Positions 27,420 to 38,800 of a DNA stretch of 64,000 bases are shown here, in pieces (position 1 is the stretch's first letter; each line of letters starts with the position of its first letter). The stretch lies in the NCBI GenBank assembly GCA_030698625.1, contig JAUYMS010000034.1, positions 2,835-66,834 on the forward strand. The letters are read 5' to 3'. The position numbers and the translations under genes are program-made. Under the pieces are notes generated by a model, which saw nothing but the letters and a program-made list of their open reading frames with translations, ran no database searches and was not told the DNA's origin. The stretch is from Candidatus Omnitrophota bacterium. Lineage in GTDB: Bacteria; Omnitrophota; Omnitrophia; Omnitrophales; Aquincolibacteriaceae.

Positions 27420-28507
27420 GACTGCTTCTCCGCGATAAGGGAGCGCGTCACATATGAGGACTTCTGGAGCCCGTCCGTCGCCGCAGGGATAGTGAAAAAG
27501 AAATCACTCCCCTTGCCCAGGCCTTCGCTCTTCACCCCGACTTTACCCCCCTGTGTCTCTACCAATTGACGCACAATCGTAAGGCCCAATCCGGTGCCCA
27601 CATATTTCTTACCGTCCCGGTGATAGGCGCGGTAGAACTCTTCAAAGACATGCTCCCGATCATGTTCATTCAGACCGATCCCGCTATCGAGGACATTGAC
27701 GTAGATCTGCTGACCTTCTTTGTCGTAAGAGGCCGTCAGCGTTACCTTGCCCCCCGGCTCCGTATATTTAATGGCATTATTAAGAAGGTTTACGACGACC
27801 TGGGTGATGCGCTCGATATCCGCAACGACGTCGGGGATAATATCAGGGACTTCATCGATGAGCTCGATTTGCTGCTGTTCGCAGAGAATACGGTGATCAT
27901 CCACACAAGACTTAAGTACCGGCACCAGATCAAAAACGTCCTTGCGGCAGTCGATCTTCCCTGAACGAATCCGTGATAGATCGAGCAGTGAATCGATAAT
28001 GCTCGTCAAACGCTGACCTTGCATGAGAATCTTGCGTACCCGCCGCTTCTGCTCATCGTTGAGCGTACCGAGCTTTTCCCGCACCAGGATTTCGGCAAAT
28101 CCGTTAATGATGGACAACGGCGTTCTCAGTTCATGTGAAGCCACAGAGAGAAACTCGTCTTTCAATTTGTCGAATCGGTTGCGCTGCGCCTGAATTTCTT
28201 CGTCATCCAGCGGAAACCGTTTGGCCAAACGCAATCCTACAAACAGCAGCGCGGGCAGCCCGACGACTACTTGCCAGGCAATTTGAAAAGTGGGCTGAGG
28301 CCAAGTAACTCCGAAAAATCCTTGCAGGATAAAACCGAAAAAGAGGAGCGCGAATAAGACCGTGAGGCTGACCGAAAATATATTACGGCTGTCCGGCTTT
28401 TCGAGGTTGTGGTGAAGAACCATAAGGAAGGCTACTGCATACAAAATGCCGTCGGCTACGTAGCCCCACACGGCGATGCTTGAATTAGTACCGAAAACCG
28501 TCTCCAT
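27416..28507 (-). CDS. Membrane sensor histidine kinase
   Basis: Three N-terminal TM helices; SHELRTPL, NLLNNAIKYT, DSGIG, GTGLGL. Confidence 0.95.
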   Translation of the reverse strand: METVFGTNSSIAVWGYVADGILYAVAFLMVLHHNLEKPDSRNIFSVSLTVLFALLFFGFILQGFFGVTWPQPTFQIAWQVVVGLPALLFVGLRLAKRFPLDDEEIQAQRNRFDKLKDEFLSVASHELRTPLSIINGFAEILVREKLGTLNDEQKRRVRKILMQGQRLTSIIDSLLDLSRIRSGKIDCRKDVFDLVPVLKSCVDDHRILCEQQQIELIDEVPDIIPDVVADIERITQVVVNLLNNAIKYTEPGGKVTLTASYDKEGQQIYVNVLDSGIGLNEHDREHVFEEFYRAYHRDGKKYVGTGLGLTIVRQLVETQGGKVGVKSEGLGKGSDFFFTIPAATDGLQKSSYVTRSLIAEKQS

Positions 28508-28525
28508 GTTGGTCCGTGGTCAGCC

Positions 28526-29149
28526 TTATGCCGAAGCTCTGTCTTGTGAAGCCGAACCGCCCTTCCCGTTGCGGAATTGCTCGACCTTCTCGATGAGTGA
28601 ATCGCTTGAAAACGGCTTCGTCAGGATATCATGCACACCTACTTCGCGCATCCTCGCCTTGTCTTCCTGACTACTGAGTCCGGTCATGGCGACAATAGGA
28701 ACCTCTTTGAAACGAGGGTCCTCACGCATAAACCGACAAAATTCAAATCCGTCGAGCTCGGGCATAAGGAAATCCAGAAGAATAAGATCGGGGCGTTCCT
28801 CGACAAGTTTTGCGCCTGCGAGAAAGGCGTTGCTGACTTCAATCAACTTGAGGTTGGGCAAATCGCTGAGCATGTCGTGGAGAACCTCCAGAATGCTGCT
28901 GTCATCGTCGACGGCCAGAACCACGTACTCTTTCCGCTTTTCGAGTGCTTCCTCCTCCTGCCAGGGTAAGTTGTAATTGTGGGCAAATTTGACTAGCTCT
29001 TCATGTTCAATGCGACGATGACCCCCAACCGTAGTAAAGCACTTGAACTTACCGCTCTCAATCCAGCGTATTACGGTTATGGGAGTTACCCCTATAAGTT
29101 TTGCTACTTCATGTGTCGTATAGAGCTTCTTTGTTTGAGAATCAGCCAC
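28526..29149 (-). CDS. Response regulator with N-terminal excisionase/MerR-like HTH
   Basis: YTTHEVAKLIGVTPITVIRWI...TVGGHRRI followed by REC (VDDD, DFLMP, TKPF). Confidence 0.92.
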   Translation of the reverse strand: MADSQTKKLYTTHEVAKLIGVTPITVIRWIESGKFKCFTTVGGHRRIEHEELVKFAHNYNLPWQEEEALEKRKEYVVLAVDDDSSILEVLHDMLSDLPNLKLIEVSNAFLAGAKLVEERPDLILLDFLMPELDGFEFCRFMREDPRFKEVPIVAMTGLSSQEDKARMREVGVHDILTKPFSSDSLIEKVEQFRNGKGGSASQDRASA

Positions 29150-29309
29150 TGGTCCTGCCCTCCGTCCCCGAGATGTTTGTTACTTATGTAGTGTATGTAA
29201 ACCTAGAAGAAGTATAGCCGTCCCGCGGGCTTACCGCAAATCTACGAGGCATATTTTTTAGGGAGGCAGAAAACGCTTAAGTCGTTTGTTTGTAGGTGCT
29301 TAGGCATAT

Positions 29310-29331
29310 GGGGGCCCGATGGCGGACCCCC
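29310..29331 (-). terminator. GC-rich hairpin downstream of csp
   Basis: GGGGGTCCG-CCAT-CGGGCCCCC on the minus strand; no U tract. Confidence 0.4.
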
Positions 29332-29361
29332 TGCCATAAAACTTCAATTAGTAGAGGGAAA

Positions 29362-29607
29362 TTAAGATCCTCTTTGACGCTCTGAGGAACGCTCTGAGGG
29401 ACTTTCCTGCGATCTCACGACATTGATGGCATGCTCGCCTTTCGGGCCCGCCTCAATCTCAAACTCAACAGGTTCACCTTCGTTGAGCGTCTTGAAGCCA
29501 TCACCGCCAATAGCGCTGAAGTGCACGAAGACGTCGCTTCCACTCTCTGGGGTTATAAAGCCGTACCCCTTTTTGTTGTTAAACCACTTCACTGTTCCTT
29601 TTGGCAT
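29362..29607 (-). CDS. csp: Cold-shock protein (CspA family)
   Basis: [22 protein letters not shown]. Confidence 0.97.
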   Translation of the reverse strand: MPKGTVKWFNNKKGYGFITPESGSDVFVHFSAIGGDGFKTLNEGEPVEFEIEAGPKGEHAINVVRSQESPSERSSERQRGS

Positions 29608-29657
29608 ACTCTTACACCTTTCCTTTCATATGTCGCGAGCCGGCCCGGCTAAAAGGC

Positions 29658-29695
29658 AAAAAAAACGGCCACGAGGAGCTCCGCTCCACATGGCC
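29658..29695 (-). terminator. Intrinsic terminator (gene B 3' end and/or csp leader)
   Basis: GGCCATGTGGAGC-GGA-GCTCCTCGTGGCC followed by G and U8. Confidence 0.8.
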
Positions 29696-29757
29696 AAACT
29701 TGCTAATCCTGCCTTTTATGAAGATTCCCGCTCATCATGCTTCTAGTTCCTATTGAA

Positions 29758-29785
29758 AGAATATCATATTCCCCTGCCCTGTCAA
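29758..29785 (-). promoter_or_regulatory. Sigma-70 promoter upstream of csp
   Basis: TTGACA-16nt-TATTCT with extended -10 TG. Confidence 0.65.
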
Positions 29786-29813
29786 ATACTTACATCAAAA
29801 TAAATCAAATGAC

Positions 29814-32800
29814 TTAGGCTGCGGCAGCGACTTCGATGTCGCGGAGAATATCCTTGCTAAGTTTGGCTGCAAACGCATCAATGTCGGTAAGAATTCCGCC
29901 GAAGCCGCCCTCGCTTTTGGACTTCCCGGTGGAGAAGAAGTAGTACTTATCGACTTGCTCCACGCCGATCATCGCAACGGCCAGGGCAATTTCGATATCG
30001 CGCCGCGCCTTGCGGTAGAGACGACGCCCGAGGCTGCTATCGGGGTTGACCCCTCCGGGCACACCCTTCACGAGCAGACCCTTCCAACGCTTCTCGACGA
30101 CACCTAAGGCTACCTGAGCGAAAAGGGCACTGCCCACATCGATATCAGGCGATACAAGGGTCGTGGAATTGCCCGCCTCCGCCGACGGTAAAGCGGAGTA
30201 GCCTGCCAGTTGCGCCGCTGTAACCGCGACGCGCACGGCATCGCCATAGAAGGCCGCCGCCTCCGTCCATATGGCGCCCTGGAACTCAGCGCCGGTGAGG
30301 AAGACATCGAAGTTCTCGTCGGCATTCACAACCTGGGTAACAGGCGCGTTGATGAGCATTTTCTGCAGAGGCGTAAGGCCGCCGACTTCAGCTTGAACCC
30401 CTAGAATCGCAAGCAGTATTCCCTCAAAATCATCCGCCGCCACGCCTTTCTTAATCTCATCAAGCGTGAGGCCCGTAGCCATCCGGAGCAAGAACTCAAC
30501 CTTCAGTTTAAGACCGGCATAACGCTCAGCTTGCGCCACCGACAGGTCTTCGGAGCGCAGTTCGGAGCGCAGAATTCCCTCGAGATCACTCAACGTCTGA
30601 GTGTACGCAAAGATTTCATGCAGGACATCGTAGACTTTAGTGCCTTGAGGCAGTTGACCACTCAGCTGGGCATAGATGGAGTCGATCCTCTCGGTAATAT
30701 GATAGTGTTCAAACTCGTGATTGGCCCACAGACGCAGGTCGCGAACTGCATCGTCTTCCGGCACACTCAGGAGCTTGCGCGCATTCAAGCCCATGATGGA
30801 TTGCATCCGGTCTTCCAGCTGCTTCTTCTGGAAGAAGGCAACCGCGTCGGCATTCAGTCCCGTAAATTCTTCCAGGGAGATACGGACGCCGTTAGTCCCC
30901 TGCACCAGATCCCTCAGTTCGCTATGATCCGGGAAGGTGCGGTCGAAGATTCGCTGCAAGGCTTCCACCTGCTCGACTTCCAGCTTCTTGCGCAGGTCAC
31001 GGCTCAGCGCCTGTTCGATATTGGTCGATGTATCTTCTATATAACGCAGTTCCGAGCGCTGGCTAAGCTCATTGACACGCGAGAGCAGGCGGCCGGCCTC
31101 GATTAGGACACCGACGTGTTTGAGGTCCTTAGCGTACTTGGGGTCACTTTGCACGGCACGCAACCTCTCGCGGACTTCCTTGAGATCCTTCAACGCAGCG
31201 GCCCTCTGAAAGTCACTAATCTCGTCACCTGAAAGAATCTCATCGATACCGTCCAGACGTTTCGCAAGGCCTTCAAAGAAACGGTCGAGACGTACGTCTG
31301 TGAGCGTCTTCTTACCCGAAAGCAAATTCGTGATTGTGAGATTCAGGCCTTTAGCAATCGCCAGGAACTCGTCCCGGTCTGTCGCGAATTTCGCAACCCT
31401 TCTGTCTTCAGCCACGGCCTCTATTACCGGCGTAAGGGATTTAGCGTCTTCGATAAGAAGGGCCAATTCGGCCTGAATATCGCCCAGTCGGCCGACCGTG
31501 ATCCTCTCACTTGCAAAGATCTCGTCATAATAATGACCGAGCAGTTCCTTAACCACGCGGAAGGTCAGGTTCGCAGCCGCCTCTTGGTCGCGCTTCGCTT
31601 GCGGCAGGCTTTCTGCGATAATACCCGCACGGTTCATGATGGCCTTGAGGTTGGTAATGCGTTCACGCAAGGCATCCGCCGAAAGACTACGAAGCTCCAA
31701 GTCTGTCCGCTCGAACAGCTCCTTGAATTTCCCGACCTCCACATTCAGCTCGCGAAGCTTATCGAGCGTCAACTTCTCTTCTTCGACGATCAGCGCCAGC
31801 ACATCGCGATGGGCCTGGAGGGCGCGCTCAATCGGCGCGGCGAAGTCCGCGTATTCCTTGTCCTGTTCGTTGGTCTCAGCCGTCGGGACATAACGGCTCT
31901 GGACATCACGCACCGACGCAAGATACTCATCCGTGCGTGCGAGAGCCTCAGCCGGGTCAAAATCCTCGGCCGGTGCTTTCCCTTTGCGGCCGTAAATGCT
32001 GTCACCCAGCTGCCCGGTGTCGATGTGCAATTGACGCAGGATACCGGCATCGAGACCCCTTTGCCTGTAAGCCAACGCACTCTCCGGGGTTTCGGTTGCC
32101 GCAAGAGTGTCTTTCAGAAAAGCCTGAGCATTCTGCAGTTTTGTTTGGTCAGCCGGGCTGAGCAGTTCCCTATTTTCCTCGATCAGTGCGCGGTCAACTT
32201 GCTGCTTAAAATTATTCAGCTCTTCGCGGAACACGGCGAGTTCCTCAGGCGTTTCGAAAGAGCGGAAATTGCCTTCGCTGTCATAACTCTCTTTTTGCAA
32301 GTCTTCAAAAGCCTTATTGAGATTGGCCGCCTCCGCTGTGGCCGCAGCCTTGCGCTTCTCCAGGTCGTAGTAAACGCGGTAGTCCGCGGGCGAGTCGAGC
32401 TGCGTCGCGAGGTTCGTGGCCTTTGACTGTGCCTGTTTGATGCCGGCTGTCAGTTTTTTGCGTTCCGCATCGGCTATGGCCGTAGGAACCTCACCCGATA
32501 ATTTATCGAGTTCCGTATTGAGACCGAGAAGCTGCGCCAAAAGTATCGGCAATTCATCATCCTGAACGGGTTCGGAGGCAAGTAATTTACTCTTGAGTTT
32601 TTCCAGTTCGGAGCCGAGCCCGGCAACACGGTCGCTGATCCGCTTTTTGGTCCGTTCGGCGTCGAGCGTTTCTTCGCTCTTGAGCGTCGCCAGAAGTCCA
32701 TCGATCGTCTTAGCGAGAGCCACGGCCTTTTTGTTGCCTTCCTCGCCGAGAACGTCTTTGTATTCAGCAGCAATCCTATCGCGAGTTGCCTTCAGGGCCT

Positions 32801-35800
32801 CCACAGAGCGCTTCAGCGTTGTATAGGCCTCCGTATCAATAGACTCCTCACCGGTCAACTGCGCGGCGAGCTTGTCGATTTTACTCTGAATACTGTTCAG
32901 TGCCGTCCGGCCGCGTTCACTCTTCGGGACAAAGTCGATCACGGCGAAGTCGCTCGATTCCGTAAGGGCCGCCGGTAATTTCAATCCCGACTTTTTGAGA
33001 CCGACGACCAGGAACTTGCGGCCATCGCTCTTGCGTTGGATGACATCAAAGGCAAAATCAGCGTCTGTGCCGGTCAGGAGATCGAGGACGTCTTCGGTAT
33101 CCGAGAGCTCGATAATTTGCAAGCTGCCGTCACCGACGATCACGCCTTTTTTGCGGGCGTTCTTCTTAACCATGGCTTCGGCCTCGTTAATTTTCTTTTC
33201 AGCCAGATCGAGGTCTTTGGTTCCGAGTCTCTCGACAAGCGCCTTATGTTCTTCCTCGAGGAATGCCTGCCGATCATCCGGTGCGACACTCTGCGCACGT
33301 TTCTGAATATCCTTCGGCACCCGGCCCTGCTCAAAGCTGCGCAGGTCATTCAGGGTTTTACGCTTTACGTCGAGCTCTTTCTTCGCTTCCTTATATTCGC
33401 TGTCAAACTCACGTGTGGCTGTCAGCAACTCGCTCAAAGAGACGGCTTTGTCCGCACCGAAGCCCGCCAGGAATTTCCGGCGCACTTTGTCATTTTCAAA
33501 TGACCCTTCTATGAGAGAGTCGAACACAATCTGCCCGATCCCTTCCGCCGTGAGTTTGCTATCCACACGCAGCTCCGAACGCACCGTACCGGGCAAGAAT
33601 TCGGCCAGGAGAGAAGGATCGACGCCGCCGTCGCGCAGGCGGTCCACAAGTGTCCTCAGGAGACGCGCGCGCTCGTCGCGCTTGCCGTTACTGTTCAAGT
33701 TGAAGTCAACAGGAACTGCGTTGATCTGCTCGATCTCGGCCTGAATCGCTTTCTTCTGCGCCTTGCGTGTACGGTTGCGCAGACGGAAGCCCGTCACACT
33801 AAAGCCGGCGATCTTATTGTCAAGCCTCTCAAAACTCTTTTTGACATTGCTCGCCGTGGCGTCGTCGACGATCCTGCCCTGGGTTATGTTGCGCACAATA
33901 GCATTGAGCCATTCGCCCTGTGTAGAACGATGCGTCAGTGTCGATGCTTCATCGGTAGAATGCTCCCGCCCTCCGTCGCGTGCCGCATCGCCGCCGCCGT
34001 CACCGAAGTTAAAGGAAATGATGTCCGGATTGTGTGTGCGCACGTGATAGAAGTCACCGTACTCGTCAGTCACAACACGCTCCGAATAACCTTCTCCCAC
34101 TTTTTCCACGCCGCGGAAAACATGGGCCTGGTCGACACCGAGCTTATTGCCTTCCTCATTGACCAATTTGCCGAGTCCGGCAAATTCCGTCTTGTCAATC
34201 GTCTCACCTTTAGCATCATCGGGATGAAAGATTTCGGTGTGTATTCCGGGGTCCTTATCGCCGAAAAAGTCTTTGCCGCCCTTCTGCTCACGGCTGCCGC
34301 CTTTACGGAAGAAGCCCTTATGGCCCGCTTGTGAGTCCGCGGTAACGTAAACGACCTGGCGCTTCTCATCACGGAAAAATTCCGGATCTGCAATCTTGGA
34401 ACCGAGCCCAATTTCTTCACCCACGGTAAAGACCAGACGGAACTCCCCGCGCTCCTCACCGGCAACAGTATCGAAGGCATCGAGGGCCAGCCCGACACCT
34501 GAGCGGTTATCGGCACCAAGTGCCGTTGTCCCGTCGGTGCGAACGACTCCGTCCTTGCCGAGGATTGTCGTCAGCGGACCTTCGCGGATTTCCGGCCGGA
34601 CATCCATATGGCCGCCAACCACCGTAACGGCATCCCTTTCATGACCCTCGGTGGCTTTAAAGGTGATATATAGGATACCGTTGGCATCGACCTTAACTTC
34701 ATAATCTTGCAGACGGTCCGCACGGCGGCGGACTTTGGCGGCATCTTCGGCCTTACCTTCGCCCTCCAGCCGGACAGCCTCAGCTTCAAGACGGGTCGTC
34801 TCACTAATGATCGTATCAAGGACCATGTCCTGGATCGCAATCGAGACTTCCGGCTCGTGAAGTTGATACTGGCGCCTGACCTCATCGCTGGCTCCCGCAG
34901 GCGGCGTTGCCCGCGGCGTGCGCCCGATACTCAAAAGATGATGGTATCGCTCCAGGCTGCGACGCTCACGATCGCGGTCAAACGTTTTACCCGGATGACG
35001 CTTCTTGAAGTCTTCTTCCACCTTGTCGATTGCCGTTTCCAGATTCGCGCCGAAATCGCGGCTGCTGCGTTCGGCATTACGGCGGGCCAGCAACGCGGAG
35101 CGCGATTCGTCATTCAGTTCGGCAACAAATTCACTGCCCGGCCGCGTCGGATCGAAACCTCGCAGGATCGTCTCGAGGTCCTGACGGCTATTCTCATAAG
35201 TCTCGTCCTGAACCGTGTACATGAAGCTGAACACGTTTTCGAGCAGCATGCGGATGCCCTCCGGCAGCGCGCGGCGGTCAAACTCATCATCGATGTCGAG
35301 GTCGAGCAAGGACACGAGTTTCTTGCGAATGGCGTCGTATTTCTTGCGCAGCTTGTCGACCGACTTCAGTTGACCGGGATACTTATCGTCAGTCAGTGAA
35401 TAGAAGATGTCCTCATCCTCATAGACATCATCAATAAGATGCGGCAGCTCCCGTATCGCCTGATCCTCGAGCGTGCCGAGACTGCTCTTTACCGCGCGCA
35501 CGGTATCGCCGCTTAACATACCCAGGAGGCCGTCAATCAAGTTATCCAGCGTGTCGGATTTCTGAACGGCCGCGGTGAAACGGCGGAAGAACTCATCGCG
35601 CGCGGCATCATCCAGGCCCGCACGGGTCTGCAGCGTGAACAGCAGGTCGGCGATGGTCTCGAGCTTGCCGAAGAGCGCCTGGACTTCAGGCTTTTTCGGA
35701 TCCAGTTTGAACTGGTTCACGTAGTTACGAAGACCGTCGATGATCGTACGGCGATAATGGCGCGCGAGTTCCTTTTCGTCGAGGTTGCCGTCGCTGCGGT

Positions 35801-38800
35801 AGATCGTGTCGTTATCCGACGGGTTGTTGCGCCAGCCGTTGGTTTCGTGCACAAACGAATGGATCTCGGAAAGCATGCCCTGCTGGCCCAGGATAAGCGG
35901 ATCACGCATCACCGGGAACTGCGACAGCACGAGCAACTCATCCAGATCGGCAAACTGCTTTTGGCGATTCTCCCACAGGTACTGCGAACGTGCATGCCCC
36001 AGTTCGTGGGCAAGGTCGCGCAGGTTGAGACCTTCCGGGAATTTGGTCTTGTCTTTCTTCTCGGGAACGATCACCAGCGTACCAAAACCGGCACGGTGAC
36101 CGAACCTAATCGCGGCACCGTCGCTGCTGTCGCCCTTACCGTTACGCTTCATGAATTCTTTAAACTTGTCCTCCTTGAGTTTCAGAACAAGGATACCGTC
36201 CCGATCGATCAGTTCCGCGCCTTCAAGATCGGACTCAAGATGCTGATAGTCAAAATGGATATCTTCGGTCGGGTCCTGGCGTGTAAGCAGGAAGTCGCGC
36301 GTTTCTTTCGCCGAGGTGTCGTAGGAACGGCTCACGAGATCCTTATTGGTCTGATCCTGGAAGGCCTTGCGGACTTCCAAGAGCGTCTCACGGGCCTTGG
36401 CCGCATCAGGCTCGCTCACTATAATCAGCTTCTGCAGCGCAAAATAGACAAGCGCGCGGTAAGTATCCTCGGCCAGGAAGCGGCGGCGTTCGAGTTCGAG
36501 ACGCCGTCTCTCAGCCCCGGATGTCCCCTCGGGAATACCCAGCTCGCTGACCTTCTTTTTAATGCCATCGAGTCCGTCAGGGTGTGTCGCCGACAGCAGC
36601 CCTGCCTGCTCCGCGGTCGCCTTCGCCTGCTCGATCTGGTAGCGGTGAGCCGGCGGCACGAGGTGCTTGATACGGTCATAAACCCGGTCGTGCTTAGTCC
36701 TGTCGTAGTCGGGAGCATCGCTATGCACAAGGGCTAGGACATCACCGCGGATGCGGTTGAAGGAATCAGCCACGCGGTTCGGATGATCACCGGTCCGGCG
36801 GCGGCGGCGATGCTCTTCGAACTTGGTCTCATAGTCGACGGCATTATCTTCGACGGTATACCGCTCGCGGTCGGCCAGAGCAAAGCCCGTATACGTAATA
36901 TCACGGTTGCGCTCAAAGTTAGAACGGCTGATCTCGAGGGCCGAGCCGACGAGCCTGCCCGAGCGGCTTTGCGCAAGGAGGTTATTAAAGTAATGGAAAG
37001 TCGGATCGCTGATCGAAGGCTCACCCGTCTTAGCGCGCTGTTCGTCACTCTTCTTTTTCTTTTCATCCAGGACACGCTTGGCCTCCTCGACCTGCCCCTT
37101 CTGCAGGGCCTCCTCAAACTCAAAGATCCAGCGGTAAGCGACGTTAGTGCTGAAGTATTCTTCGTAGGCTTCCCAAGCGTTTGTGTCGCCGCTCAAGAAG
37201 CGCGTAAACGGATCCTGGTCGAGTGGTTCATTAACAATGCGCTCCTTGAAAGCGGCCTTATCACGGTACACATATTCCCCGCGGGTCATGGCCAGCGCAC
37301 GGTAGAACTGCACGGTGGCGTCCTGCTTCTCACGTGACTGGAACTTCAGGAAGTTACTCGCGACATATTCCGCGTAGTAGTCGCGGAACATCTTGAACGG
37401 ATCATCGGAAGCCACCGTCCGGCCGTGCACCGTGCCTTCGTCGATGACACGGCTGATGATACGGCCCATGCGCTCCACCCGCTCTGCTTTGACGTAATTC
37501 CCCGAGGCGCGAAGCTGGCGTGCCCGCAGGCTGAAATTCGATATATTTTTACTGCGCTGGAACGGATTGAGATAGGAATCGTGAACGCCCTCGGAAAAGT
37601 CATTGAGTTCGTACTCGATGACTTCGTGGAGAAGATGCTGACTCACATAACCGATCAAGCCTTTGTCGGGCTGGCTGACCAGACCGCTATAGCGGCCTTC
37701 GAGAAGGTCGTCCAGGACCCAGTCTGCGAAGAAGATCTTGCCGCCGCGGACAAAAGCCGGGGTGTCGGCCGCGGGCTCGATCTCAATCGGCAGGTCGCGG
37801 ATATGATCGATGAGAACGCGGAGAATGTCTTTGAATTCGTCCGGCGCAGCGGGATTCCCGAGAATGGCATCGGCATCTCTGATGATCTCACTCTTGAAGT
37901 GCTCAAGGTCAGCTTTCGTGTACGCGATGCCGTGACGCTTGCGGAATTCGATGATGCGCTTACCGTAGCCGGGGAATGCGGCGGCGACCGCATCCAGTTT
38001 GGCGAGGACCTCGTTTTTGAGCCTCTCCTGCTCGGCCGGAATGCGATCTTCCTTGTCCTTGTGGCGCCGCATCTTCTGAATGCGTTCCTCGCCGTCCTCC
38101 TGCAGCTTCGAGGCCTCATGGAATAGAATGGCCGCCAGACCCTCGCGCAAGCGTGCGGCTTCGTCGGCGCGTAAAGCGTCCTGCTCCACAATAGCGAGCC
38201 GCGCTTCATAGAGCCGCTTCAGGTTTTCAAGCGAGAGCGGCGTGCCGGTCCCGAAGAGGTCTTCGCCCAAAAGGTGCTGTGAAATCAGGTTGAGTTTGTT
38301 AGTCCAGGCCGTACGCTCGCCGCGCGCAATGGCAAAGGCGTCGTCGATCGAAATGTCATTAGCCAGAATACCGTCATGAACACCGGCAAACAGGCCCTGC
38401 AAGAGAGGATCAAGTGCAAGGCCCGCAAAACCGGCGTCACTGGCGTGATCAAGATTCACGCCAAATTTGTTAAGAATGCTCTTAATGTCGCGCAGCGACG
38501 GCCGGCCCCGGCCTTCCTGCTCGCGTTCGGCAATCACGCCGCGGATCGCGGCAACAGCGCGGCCGATCTTGATCACCGCCGCGACTGAGGCTTTTTCATC
38601 GAGGCGGAGATGGTCAAAGATCGCCTCGCCCATCCCCATACTCCCGTCGATGTCGCTGACCAGCGTTTCGTCATCCCTGAAACCACTCTCCCCGGCCTTC
38701 ACCTTGTCCGCCAGGTTCTTGCGCTCCTGAGTGATCTTCTCCGACAGCCCCTCGAAGAGTTTGTCGATCTTATGCGCAAGTCCGACCGGATCACGCCCAC

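Noticed and set aside
28990-29149. Excisionase-like HTH as a sign of a mobile element
   Set aside because: It is fused to a receiver domain in a two-component cluster; no integrase, transposase or att sites were seen.
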